Position numbers and translations under genes: made by a program
Source of the DNA: an uncultured Pelagibacteraceae bacterium
GTDB lineage: Bacteria; Pseudomonadota; Alphaproteobacteria; Pelagibacterales; AG-422-B15
Assembly: GCA_902598405.1 (NCBI GenBank)
Contig: CACKBQ010000004.1
Location: 2,756-66,755, forward strand
DNA length: 64,000 nucleotides
Reading direction: 5' to 3'
Part shown: one piece after another, positions 1 through 9,099 of the stretch
Layout: each line of letters opens with the position of its first letter
How positions within the stretch are numbered: position 1 is the first letter of the stretch
The notes under the pieces: generated by a model
The model's input: the letters and a program-made list of their open reading frames with translations, nothing else
Told to the model about the DNA's origin: nothing
Database searches by the model: none

Positions 1-734
1 CAGCAAAAGCACAAACTGATGTAGATATTTTATTAAGACAAGCAGAGATGAGTCAGCAATTAATGGAAGAACAAGTAACATCAGAGTTTGCTCATTTAAA
101 TATTTTAAAGGAATTGAATAGTGCTAAAGGGGTTTTAGAAGAAACGATTGAAAAAAGAGAGAATTTCAAAAATCAGTTTATTGAAGAAGCAAGGAATGAG
201 CTTCAAATAGCGCAGCGAGAGCTATCGCAATCAGATGAAACGATGAAAAAGCTAAAAGATAGTCTTAACAGAACAACGATTACTGCACCCGTTGATGGTG
301 TTGTAAAAAATTTATTTTTTGTAACAGAAGGTGGAGTAATTAAGCCTGGCGGCTCAATATTAGATTTAGTGCCCACAAAAGATAGTCTTATTGTAGAGGC
401 AAGACTACCTAACAGTGATATTGGATTTGTAAAAGTAAATCAAGAAGCTGTGGTAAAACTATCATCAGCTGATTCTGTCAATTTTGGCCAGATTAATGGC
501 AAGGTCATACAGATTAGTCCTGATACAGAGCAAGATGAAAATGACAAACGAATTGTATTTTATAAAATACTTGTCGAAACTGAACAAGGGTATTTCCAAA
601 GCAAGAATAGAATTTATCAATTGGTTCCTGGTGTAAAGGTAGTGGCAAGTATTCAGATAGGACAAAGAACTGTGGCTAACTATTTATTATCCCCTTTTAT
701 GGGTACTATGGACCAGACTTTTCAAGAAAGATAA
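1..734 (+). CDS. HlyD-family type I secretion membrane fusion protein, 5' truncated by window edge
   Basis: Frame is open from base 3. Coiled-coil followed by TTITAPVDGVV, GGVIKPG, LIVEARL..DIGFV and RTVANYLLSP, typical of the HlyD C-terminus. Confidence 0.9.
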   Translation, partial: AKAQTDVDILLRQAEMSQQLMEEQVTSEFAHLNILKELNSAKGVLEETIEKRENFKNQFIEEARNELQIAQRELSQSDETMKKLKDSLNRTTITAPVDGVVKNLFFVTEGGVIKPGGSILDLVPTKDSLIVEARLPNSDIGFVKVNQEAVVKLSSADSVNFGQINGKVIQISPDTEQDENDKRIVFYKILVETEQGYFQSKNRIYQLVPGVKVVASIQIGQRTVANYLLSPFMGTMDQTFQER

Positions 735-746
735 ATATAGTTTGTC

Positions 747-781
747 TTGTACATTCAAAAACAAATAATACATTAACAGCT
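747..781 (+). promoter_or_regulatory. Predicted sigma70 promoter, probably leaderless transcript
   Basis: TTGTAC (747-752), 16 nt, TACATT (769-774), 7 nt, ATG at 782; no Shine-Dalgarno. Confidence 0.45.
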
Positions 782-1276
782 ATGAAAATATTAATTTGTG
801 GACTACCTGGATCTGGAAAAACATGGCTAGCAGAGAGACTAGTTCAAAATATTGATAATTGTGCCTGGTATAATGCTGATATAGTTAGAAGCGCATCGAA
901 CGATTGGGACTTTTCAAAAGAAGGAAGATCAAGGCAAGCAATGCGAATGAAAACGTTTGCTAATTTCGAAAAAAGTAATGGAAGATACGTAATATGTGAC
1001 TTTGTTGCTCCAACAAAGGCTGCAAGAGAGTCTTTCGGGGCTGATTATTTGATTTGGCTTGATACAATTAAAGAAGGAAGAGTTGTAGATAATAAAAAAA
1101 ATGAATTAAAGAATTCTAAGGACCTACCATTTGAAGTTGAAACGCTCGAGAATTCTCAAGCATTTAAAGATACAACTAATATGTTTGAAGAGCCTAAAAA
1201 TGCAAATAAAATTATAAATAGTTTCATGAGTGATCAGGAAATAGCTGCTCTGGCGAGAGAAATCACTAATGTTTGA
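782..1276 (+). CDS. Small adenylyl-sulfate (APS) kinase-like P-loop protein
   Basis: GLPGSGKT Walker A, NADIVR, DWDFSKEGR..Q..R and VICDFVAP resemble CysC motifs (D.D..R, FS..DR, ..FISP); 164 aa. Confidence 0.75.
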   Translation: MKILICGLPGSGKTWLAERLVQNIDNCAWYNADIVRSASNDWDFSKEGRSRQAMRMKTFANFEKSNGRYVICDFVAPTKAARESFGADYLIWLDTIKEGRVVDNKKNELKNSKDLPFEVETLENSQAFKDTTNMFEEPKNANKIINSFMSDQEIAALAREITNV

Positions 1277-1664
1277 TTGGAAAAAGCCAACATCTCAAAT
1301 GCTTGGCCGTTGGCAACCTTGGCATAAAGGACATACGGAGCTATTTAAAAAAGCTTTAAATTTGTCAGGACAAGTATGCATAATGTTTAGAGATGTTTCA
1401 GGAGTAGATGCTGGAGTTGATGGTCAATCAGATAACCCGTTTGAGTTTGAAGAAGTAAAGCGACGTATAATTAACAGTCTTGAATTAGCGGGATTTAAAA
1501 ATGAGAGAGAATTTATTGTAATAAAGGTCCCAAATATAACTGATATTTCATTTGGTAGAGGGGTTGGCTACACATTTACAGAGCATGACCTGGGAGAAGA
1601 GATTCATAAAATTTCAGCAACAAAAATTCGAAAAGAGATGAGAGATAAGGACGAATTAGCTTAA
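1269..1664 (+). CDS. Small HIGH-superfamily nucleotidyltransferase (cytidyltransferase-like)
   Basis: GRWQPWHKGH, DNPF and ISATKIR motifs; overlaps the upstream kinase gene by 8 bp. Confidence 0.75.
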   Translation: MFDWKKPTSQMLGRWQPWHKGHTELFKKALNLSGQVCIMFRDVSGVDAGVDGQSDNPFEFEEVKRRIINSLELAGFKNEREFIVIKVPNITDISFGRGVGYTFTEHDLGEEIHKISATKIRKEMRDKDELA

Positions 1665-2011
1665 AATATTGTTGCTCCAAATATTTTTATTTCACCGTCT
1701 TCTGTACCTAAAACTAATCTTCCAAGATAGTCGCCATCTGAAATAGTGCTTTTTTGTTTGAATAGCACCGTGACATGTTCGTCTCTTCTTATGCACCCTA
1801 GAAATTCATTCTCTTGTTTTAAATTTGTAATTACCTCGTTGTTTGTCCATTGTTTTGCGAGCTCAATTTCGTTCGCCCCAAAGAGCATTCTTGCAGAAAA
1901 ATCTTTAGTAAAACCAAAGTAATCTTGAGAATTTGAGCACATAATTAAGTTTTCCCAGAGAGGGGAAGCAATTTCTAAAATTTCATTATCAGATTTCTTA
2001 AGAAGATCCAT
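1661..2011 (-). CDS. Hypothetical protein directly downstream of aprA
   Basis: 116 aa ORF whose ATG abuts the aprA stop (0-bp gap); no recognised catalytic motif. Confidence 0.75.
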   Translation of the reverse strand: MDLLKKSDNEILEIASPLWENLIMCSNSQDYFGFTKDFSARMLFGANEIELAKQWTNNEVITNLKQENEFLGCIRRDEHVTVLFKQKSTISDGDYLGRLVLGTEDGEIKIFGATIF

Positions 2012-3847
2012 TTAGTCGACAAGATTATGCATTGGAGCCTTATTCATACTGAATTCACCTGTCTTTCTGTCTCTTTGTGAAACTGTCAAACAGTGCCAAT
2101 TTGCATCATCGATTTTCATGTGATCACCACGGTAATAATAACCAGGCCAACGTGTTTCTTCCCTAAATAATGTATGACTCGTTACACACTGAGAAGTGGT
2201 GACTCTATGCTTTAATTCCCAAGCTCTCATAAGCTGGTGGTAATCTTCCGCAGCTACATGCTCTAAATCTTCTTCAAGCATCTTTAGGAGATTGGTACCA
2301 ATTTTTAATAAATTATCATTTGTCATATACGAAACTCCAACACCCCCTACGTATTCATCCATAATTTTTTGTAAACGTTGGAGCCCTTGAATTGGTAGAA
2401 TATAGCTTGGTGATACTGTGCCAGCAGTAATTTCATTTCTTCCAACTTTATAATTTTCAAGAGGTTTGTAGATTACTTCTTTTAAATCTTCGTATTGTTT
2501 GTCTGTAACTTTAATTTCCTCATTTTGGATATCATTTACGTATTTTACAGCGGCTTTTGCAGCAAGACGTCCCTCAGTAAATGATCCTGAGGAAAACTTA
2601 TGCGCACTTCCACCAACTGTGTCACCTGCACCAAATAACCCATTAACACTTGTCATTCTATTGTAGCCCCAAAAATAATCGCTTGGTGAGATATCCTCTG
2701 GACCACTTACCCAGGCTCCGGAACAAGTAGCATGTGAGCCCATTACATATGGTTCGGATGTAGTGAGTTCAGGATTAGTATACTTTGGGTCAATATTCTG
2801 AGATGCCCATACTACTGCTTGACCAACTGTCATTCCTAGAAAATTTTCCCAGCCAACTGTTTCCATATGCGGATCTTGAAATGCCTCTTTGGTAACCATA
2901 TGAATAGGACCACGACCAGCTTTTACTTCCTCAATAAACGCATGGTTTCTGAGACACGTTGGAACAGGCACGTGATCAATATATTCTCCTACAAGTTTTT
3001 TTGTTTCTTCGTACCATTTTTTCTCGTAGTTCTCACCGTTACCATTTTCTGTATAAGTCTTGAGATGTAAAAAATAAGCACCCACTGGTCCATAACCATC
3101 TTTAAATCTTGTCAGAACTATTCTATTTTCCATTTGTGTCATTTTGGCTCCAGCCATAATAGGAAGAGCGTATGCTGAGCCATTACTCCATGGCGCATAC
3201 CAAGTCCTTCCCATTCCTTCACCAACAGCTCTTGGTTTGAAAATATGAGATGCGCCTCCTGCAGCCACTATAACTGCTTTGGCTTTAAAAACATGGTAAT
3301 TTCCTGTTCGCATATTGAAACCAACAGCACCACCTACTCGCTCAGATTTGCCTTCATCCATCAGAAGATGAGTAATCATTATTCTATTATAAATTTTATC
3401 AGCTGATTTTTTTGCGGCCTCAGCTACAATGGGTTTATAACTTTCACCGTGGATCATTATCTGCCATTTACCTTCCCTTTGGTACCTGCCAGTTTCTTTA
3501 TCACGCATTATTGGTAATCCCCATTCATCGAACATATGGACCGTGGAATCGACGTGTCTTGCAATATCGTATGTAAGGTCTTCTCTCACTAAACCCATTA
3601 AGTCATTTCTCGCATATCGCACATGATCTTCTGGTTGGTTTTCATCCCATTGCATTCCCATATAGCAGTTTATTGCGTATAGTCCCTGGGCTACTGCACC
3701 ACTTCGATCAATATTTGCTTTTTCAACACATACTATTTTAAGATCTCTGCCCCAATGTCTTGCTTCAAAGGTAGCGCCTGTTCCAGCCATTCCACCACCG
3801 ACAATGAGAATGTCACAATCCTCATGAATTGTTTTAATTGAAGCCAT
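2012..3847 (-). CDS. aprA: Adenylyl-sulfate reductase alpha subunit
   Basis: DILIVGGGMAG, RSGAVAQGL.AIN, WQIMIHGESYK, GRTWYAPW, HKFSSGSFTEG, REETRWPG. Confidence 0.97.
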   Translation of the reverse strand: MASIKTIHEDCDILIVGGGMAGTGATFEARHWGRDLKIVCVEKANIDRSGAVAQGLYAINCYMGMQWDENQPEDHVRYARNDLMGLVREDLTYDIARHVDSTVHMFDEWGLPIMRDKETGRYQREGKWQIMIHGESYKPIVAEAAKKSADKIYNRIMITHLLMDEGKSERVGGAVGFNMRTGNYHVFKAKAVIVAAGGASHIFKPRAVGEGMGRTWYAPWSNGSAYALPIMAGAKMTQMENRIVLTRFKDGYGPVGAYFLHLKTYTENGNGENYEKKWYEETKKLVGEYIDHVPVPTCLRNHAFIEEVKAGRGPIHMVTKEAFQDPHMETVGWENFLGMTVGQAVVWASQNIDPKYTNPELTTSEPYVMGSHATCSGAWVSGPEDISPSDYFWGYNRMTSVNGLFGAGDTVGGSAHKFSSGSFTEGRLAAKAAVKYVNDIQNEEIKVTDKQYEDLKEVIYKPLENYKVGRNEITAGTVSPSYILPIQGLQRLQKIMDEYVGGVGVSYMTNDNLLKIGTNLLKMLEEDLEHVAAEDYHQLMRAWELKHRVTTSQCVTSHTLFREETRWPGYYYRGDHMKIDDANWHCLTVSQRDRKTGEFSMNKAPMHNLVD

Positions 3848-3851
3848 CTAT

Positions 3852-4316
3852 TTAGTTAATTCCTTTTTGATTATCTTTCTTTAGACTTGGAAGACCTGTG
3901 TCAATATTAAGTCCATTAGGTTCTGAGTAAAGTAATTGTGAATCTATCTCTTCATTTGTTGGAGGAGTTTCATCAGCAAGATTTGGAATATGTTTACCCC
4001 AAGGTTTAGTTGTAATTGGCGATACAAAATTTTTCTCGTGACCATTTCGGAATTTTATTCTCCAAGATATGGTTCCTTTTTCCTCTTCACGTAGTACTCT
4101 TACTTTATGATGCATTGGCGCAAAATCAGCATATCCTCTTGCATCAATAGCATTCTGTGGACATGCTTTGACACATGAATAGCACTCCCAGCACATGTTA
4201 GGCTCTATATTCACGGCACGTCTAGTTTCTTTATCAATATGCATAATGTCTGATGGACATATGTCTACGCAATGACCACAACCATCGCATCTTGTCATGT
4301 ATACAAATGTTGACAT
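3852..4316 (-). CDS. aprB: Adenylyl-sulfate reductase beta subunit
   Basis: CDGCGHCVDICP and CWECYSCVKACP ferredoxin motifs, RGYADFAP; directly upstream of aprA. Confidence 0.97.
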   Translation of the reverse strand: MSTFVYMTRCDGCGHCVDICPSDIMHIDKETRRAVNIEPNMCWECYSCVKACPQNAIDARGYADFAPMHHKVRVLREEEKGTISWRIKFRNGHEKNFVSPITTKPWGKHIPNLADETPPTNEEIDSQLLYSEPNGLNIDTGLPSLKKDNQKGIN

Positions 4317-4355
4317 ATATATTCCTCTTCTCGATTCCTAGTAAATCAGTTTTTA

Positions 4356-5144
4356 TTAATAATGCCTAGGCGATTCTCGTTTAATTCCAAGCCCAAATTG
4401 CTTTGGTGCATCAGCTGGGGCAGGCAAGTCATCTCTATACCCATCAGCCTCAGATAAATTCTTTTGAATGGCTGCACCAGGTTTGTAAAACATGTGAGCA
4501 AATTTTGACCAATAAACACCACCAAACAATACAATATTAGATAAGCCAAAGAGCACTAAAAACAAGGTATCTAGTATTGGAACTCCTGACGACTGAGTAA
4601 ATGACCAAGCTAGTCCAAATGTTGCTGCAGCTAAAAGCGATAATACAAAAAGATCTGCTCTTATGATTCTATTCCACGGATTTGCCTCAGCTGAGACATC
4701 GACCCTTAAGAAAAACCAAAACCAATAACCTCCTAGACATGTCATTATAGCGCCAACATGCCATAACAATGATATTTGATGGGGAGCGGCTGTATTTGCA
4801 TATCCAAATATTAAGATAACAGAAGCAACCCAAAATAATATCGAACCGTACATGCCTAAAAGATGAGCAGCTCTTCTTTGTCCTCTGCCTAATTCTGAAG
4901 TTGTTAAAATATCACTAGCAATTGTCTTGCTTATAATTTTTGCCTTTTGAGAACCACTCAAATCATTTGTTGCAGATGCTTTTGCTCTTTTAAAATTAAT
5001 GAAAAAATATTTTGCATTTTTCTTATGCGCCATATCCACTAAAGTACCTATTGCAACCATTAGTATCATTACAACTACAAAGCCTTGTAATGCAATGGCG
5101 GGCACAAAGGCCATAAGTTCTTCGAAAGGATTTATATAAATCAT
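4356..5144 (-). CDS. aprM: Adenylyl-sulfate reductase membrane anchor
   Basis: Multi-TM protein with HKKNAKYF, AHLLGMYG, GGYWFWFF and WSKFAHMFYKP, upstream of aprB. ATG at 5144 preferred to TTG at 5153. Confidence 0.9.
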   Translation of the reverse strand: MIYINPFEELMAFVPAIALQGFVVVMILMVAIGTLVDMAHKKNAKYFFINFKRAKASATNDLSGSQKAKIISKTIASDILTTSELGRGQRRAAHLLGMYGSILFWVASVILIFGYANTAAPHQISLLWHVGAIMTCLGGYWFWFFLRVDVSAEANPWNRIIRADLFVLSLLAAATFGLAWSFTQSSGVPILDTLFLVLFGLSNIVLFGGVYWSKFAHMFYKPGAAIQKNLSEADGYRDDLPAPADAPKQFGLGIKRESPRHY

Positions 5145-5197
5145 AAGTATCAATACACTATAACAGAATCTATAAATAATAACTATTATTTATACTT

Positions 5198-6133
5198 TCA
5201 AGGCAGGGGATTAGTTTCAAAATTATTATACAAATGTTTCAAATTCGAAACTTTTTGGATATCTTCTCTTAGATTTTTCGTCCCAGAGTCAATTGCTTCT
5301 GAACTGAATTCGATAATACAGCTGCTAAAGCTCTTACGATTTTTTAATCGAGAATAGTAGTCTCTTAAATTGCTTAATTTTTTTGTGAATAGACCAATCA
5401 GATTAACCTCATCAAGTCTGTGTAATAATGTCATCCAGGTTATATCTGCAATACTAAATTTATCCCCATCAATCCATATCTTGTTCTCTAAATGAACATC
5501 TAATGATGTCAAATGTGATTTAAGATTCTCAAATGCCTTTATAGCAACTCTTTGATGTGGAGAATTTTTATTAAAGACTGAGTAGCCTAATAGTCGATAT
5601 AAAGTAAAATTAAGCGCTCTAAACTTTGAAGGATGCTTTATAAAATAATTAAAAAATTTTAAGAAACTAATTTTTCTAAGCATAGAAACAAACAATGGTT
5701 GAGTAAGTAGGGACACACAATTACCTGCGTAGTCATTTATCCCATTAACCGGGTCATCTCCAACTAACGAACCTTTTTTATTCCAATAATCAACTGTTTC
5801 ACTCTCCCCAAGTTTATTTGGAAAAGTTTCCATTAAATATCTTATTTGTTCGTGAGACTCATAAATAGGCTGATTGTTATGTAATAGAACTGGTACTGTT
5901 GCTTTTGGATTAATTTTAAGAAAATCTTTTGATAAATTTTCACAATCTTTTGTTTCAATAATATGTATATGAACTGGCAGGTAATCAATTTTATATTCCT
6001 CAAGACATATTCTTACTTTACGAGAGCAAAGTGAGAAGTTGTTATGATAAAGCACCCATTCAGAATTTGAGTCTGATACTGAATATTTTTGTTTACCGAT
6101 AAGATCTTTGTTTTTAGGATTCTTTTTCTTCAT
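5198..6133 (-). CDS. Glutathione S-transferase family protein (long form)
   Basis: LYH...SLCSRKVR, INPKATVPVL, YES..Q..YL, GDKFSIADI. Confidence 0.85.
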   Translation of the reverse strand: MKKKNPKNKDLIGKQKYSVSDSNSEWVLYHNNFSLCSRKVRICLEEYKIDYLPVHIHIIETKDCENLSKDFLKINPKATVPVLLHNNQPIYESHEQIRYLMETFPNKLGESETVDYWNKKGSLVGDDPVNGINDYAGNCVSLLTQPLFVSMLRKISFLKFFNYFIKHPSKFRALNFTLYRLLGYSVFNKNSPHQRVAIKAFENLKSHLTSLDVHLENKIWIDGDKFSIADITWMTLLHRLDEVNLIGLFTKKLSNLRDYYSRLKNRKSFSSCIIEFSSEAIDSGTKNLREDIQKVSNLKHLYNNFETNPLP

Positions 6134-6485
6134 CCCATACTTTGTTTAGCAATTGACTGGCTGAAACTGCTGTAGGAAAACCACTATAGTGAGCCACATG
6201 CAATATCATTTCTTCAATTTTTTCTTTCGTAATTCCTAAATTTTTAGCCCCTCTTAAATGAGATTTTAATTCATTCTCTCTATTAAGTGCTACCAAAACA
6301 GTGAGCGTAATCATGCTTCTTTCTTGAAGCGATAACTGCTCAGTTCGTGACCAGATTGTTCCATACAACATATCAATTATTTGCTTTAGCAAATCTTTAG
6401 AGACAGGAGTTTCATCGTTTTTAAGTAAATCCATCTTCTTCAGGATTTCTAATCCTTTTTTTCGATCTTGATCGTCTAATGGCAT
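6114..6485 (-). CDS. Carboxymuconolactone decarboxylase (CMD) family protein
   Basis: YGTIWSR..LSLQERSMIT, ELKSHLRGA..LG, HYSGFP. Confidence 0.88.
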   Translation of the reverse strand: MPLDDQDRKKGLEILKKMDLLKNDETPVSKDLLKQIIDMLYGTIWSRTEQLSLQERSMITLTVLVALNRENELKSHLRGAKNLGITKEKIEEMILHVAHYSGFPTAVSASQLLNKVWDEEKES

Positions 6486-6515
6486 TTTTATATTTTACTC
6501 CTTAATATCAGTGTT

Positions 6516-8126
6516 TCAATTAAATTCAATTTTCTCTCTAATATTCAATAATACATCATTAATAATAGTTTCAAGACTATCGCTTTTATCAAAGTTAAAT
6601 AAATCGAAAACATATTTATCAGGTCTTAAGATAACTCCAGAACAATCAAACTTTTCACAGTAAATTTGTAAATCTTTATGAGTTTCTTCACACGCAATGT
6701 AACCCTCATAGTTTGAACGGTCGTAATTGGGAGTTATATTTATGATCTTAAAATTATGTTTTTTTAATAGTTCAAGATTATCCTCTGAGATATTTTTATT
6801 GCCTTCAAAATTATTTAAAATAATACCAAAATTCTTTTCTAGCACATTATCGGTGCCAAAAATCCTACCATCATGAAGACGAACATTTATCTCATTGAAG
6901 TAATATCTCTCTATAGAAACATTCTTAATTTTTGGCATTTTATGAACACCGGGTCCTAGACGGTTTCCGTTTAAAACAGGAAAAATATTTTCTTTACCTC
7001 TTAAATAGCTTTGTGTTCTTAACAATGCATTTCTAATAAATGCTTTAAATTTACTTTTAGCATTTATGACTCCTCCCATTTTAATTGCCCCTCGAGTAAT
7101 TCGGGCGACGTGCGGCCTTCTTTCTGATTGATAGGTATCTAATATTTGGGGTGAGTAAAGTCCCTTTAGTACTCCATTAATTTTCCACAATATATTTTCA
7201 GCATCCCTACATCCAGAATTCATTCCTTGACCCATAAAAGGAGGCATTTGATGCGCCGCGTCACCGAGTAGAAAAATGTTTTCATTTTGCCATTTAACAG
7301 CATCAGCTGCATGAAATGAGTATACTGCAGTTCTGCTAAATTCAACTTCATTATCTCCGATCCATTGGTCTATGTATTGTCTAAAAACTTCTTCTTTTTG
7401 AATTTCATCAACAGAATCACCTGGCATAAAGGCTATTTCAAATCTAAAGCAATTATCAACTCCTTGAATAATTGTTGTTGGTCGTGACGGATTACAATAT
7501 TGAATCGCATCAATATCTGTGAAACAGTCAAATTTACTTTTAGTATACCCGTCCACTACCATCCAGGTCTCATCAGCGTCTAAACTTTTAAGTTCAACAT
7601 TGCTGAGTTTTCTAATTGTACTATTTGCTCCATCGCATGCCAAAAGATACTTACTGTTCGTTTTAAACTCTTCGCCAGTTTCAATATTTTTGTAAGAACA
7701 ATTCACAACGCCATCTGATTGATCAACACTTAAAATTTCATTACCTGTTTTAATAGTATTAGTCTGATATTTTTTTGCATTTTCTCTATGCGCTTGATCA
7801 AACTGTGGTTGGTGAATGAATAGTATTGAATGTTGATAATTATATGTATCAAAACCATCCATCGTAATTTTTAAAATTGATCTTTTCTTAGCATCTTTGT
7901 TATCAACACCTCTAATTTTTCTTGTTTTTACTTCAGTTAGAAAGTTACAATGAGCCATTGCTCGTTGGCATTCAGCATCCCATGTAATTGCTCTGGGCAA
8001 GGGGTAGGTTTCTTTTTCCTTATCTAAAATTAACGCTTTAATACCGTAATACCCTAGCAAGTTTGCGCAAGTTTCACCCACTGGTCCATAACCAGCTACA
8101 ATGACATCATATTCAGTATCACTCAC
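6516..8126 (-). CDS. FAD-dependent aromatic-ring monooxygenase (MhpA-like)
   Basis: AGYGPVG, LPRA, LLACDGANSTIR, LLGDAAHQMPPFMGQGMNSG.RDA, RPDKYV; GTG start. Confidence 0.88.
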   Translation of the reverse strand: MSDTEYDVIVAGYGPVGETCANLLGYYGIKALILDKEKETYPLPRAITWDAECQRAMAHCNFLTEVKTRKIRGVDNKDAKKRSILKITMDGFDTYNYQHSILFIHQPQFDQAHRENAKKYQTNTIKTGNEILSVDQSDGVVNCSYKNIETGEEFKTNSKYLLACDGANSTIRKLSNVELKSLDADETWMVVDGYTKSKFDCFTDIDAIQYCNPSRPTTIIQGVDNCFRFEIAFMPGDSVDEIQKEEVFRQYIDQWIGDNEVEFSRTAVYSFHAADAVKWQNENIFLLGDAAHQMPPFMGQGMNSGCRDAENILWKINGVLKGLYSPQILDTYQSERRPHVARITRGAIKMGGVINAKSKFKAFIRNALLRTQSYLRGKENIFPVLNGNRLGPGVHKMPKIKNVSIERYYFNEINVRLHDGRIFGTDNVLEKNFGIILNNFEGNKNISEDNLELLKKHNFKIINITPNYDRSNYEGYIACEETHKDLQIYCEKFDCSGVILRPDKYVFDLFNFDKSDSLETIINDVLLNIREKIEFN

Positions 8127-8131
8127 GCTAC

Positions 8132-9025
8132 TTAGTATGCAGGCGTATCTTCTGGCTCTTCAATAACTTTATTATTAATGAATCCCAGTTTTTCAATTTC
8201 AATTTTTATTTCGTCACCTGCTTTAAGCCAATTTCTTGTCATCACTGCAGAACCAGCCGGTGTACCGGTTGGTATCAAGTCTCCAGGTTCTAGCGTAAAA
8301 GCAGTTGATAAGTACTCAACCAATGTAAAACAGTCAAAAATTAAATCACTTGTCGAAGCTGATTGCCTTAATTCTCCATTTACATATGTTTCAAGCTTTA
8401 GGTCATGTGGATTGCCAACTTCATCACTGGTTACAATATATGGACCAAATGGACAATGGGTGTCCCATGATTTTCCCATAGTCATTGTCATAGGAGGGCC
8501 ACGCATCTGCCAATCTCTGATTGTAACGTCGTTAACGACTGTATAGCCGTAAATAACTCCAGCTGCTTTGTCATAAGGTACATGACGACATTTTTTTCCA
8601 ATAATGAAACCAAGTTCACCTTCATAATCTAAAAATTCTGAAGCACGAGGCCGATGAATATCATCGTATGGACCGTTAACAGAGCTATTTTGCTTATTAA
8701 ATATATTTGGATATTTTTCTTGAGCTTTACCTATTGTTTTTGCAGCTGTTTGCGCAACTTCATCTTGATGTTCTTTATAGTTCAATCCAACCGCCAGAAT
8801 TTTACTTGGTTTTGTAATAGGAGCTTTTAAATGTACTTTGCTTAACTCAATTTTAATTTCACTATTATCAATAAGTTTTTTTGCAGTATCTAGACCCTGA
8901 TCTCCAAGAGCGATAAAATCTATCATGTTGTTGGGTAATGAACTATTTGAGAAATCCACTACGTGGTCTCCACTTATTGCGCCTATGGATGTAATGCCAT
9001 TAAATGTAAAAGTAACTAATTTCAT
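8132..9025 (-). CDS. Fumarylacetoacetate hydrolase family protein
   Basis: VGLNY, DYEGEL, NDVTIRDWQ, GKSWDT, LEPGDLIPTGTPAG. Confidence 0.92.
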   Translation of the reverse strand: MKLVTFTFNGITSIGAISGDHVVDFSNSSLPNNMIDFIALGDQGLDTAKKLIDNSEIKIELSKVHLKAPITKPSKILAVGLNYKEHQDEVAQTAAKTIGKAQEKYPNIFNKQNSSVNGPYDDIHRPRASEFLDYEGELGFIIGKKCRHVPYDKAAGVIYGYTVVNDVTIRDWQMRGPPMTMTMGKSWDTHCPFGPYIVTSDEVGNPHDLKLETYVNGELRQSASTSDLIFDCFTLVEYLSTAFTLEPGDLIPTGTPAGSAVMTRNWLKAGDEIKIEIEKLGFINNKVIEEPEDTPAY

Positions 9026-9099
9026 AAAACTGAGTCAATAAATATCTAAAAGCTGGATTTGTAACAAGTTTAAATAATGTATATTATTTTATAATATAT

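Noticed and set aside
782-1664. Prophage remnant, because similar small kinase/cytidyltransferase genes occur in marine phages
   Set aside because: No structural, integrase or other phage genes and no att-like repeats were seen nearby.
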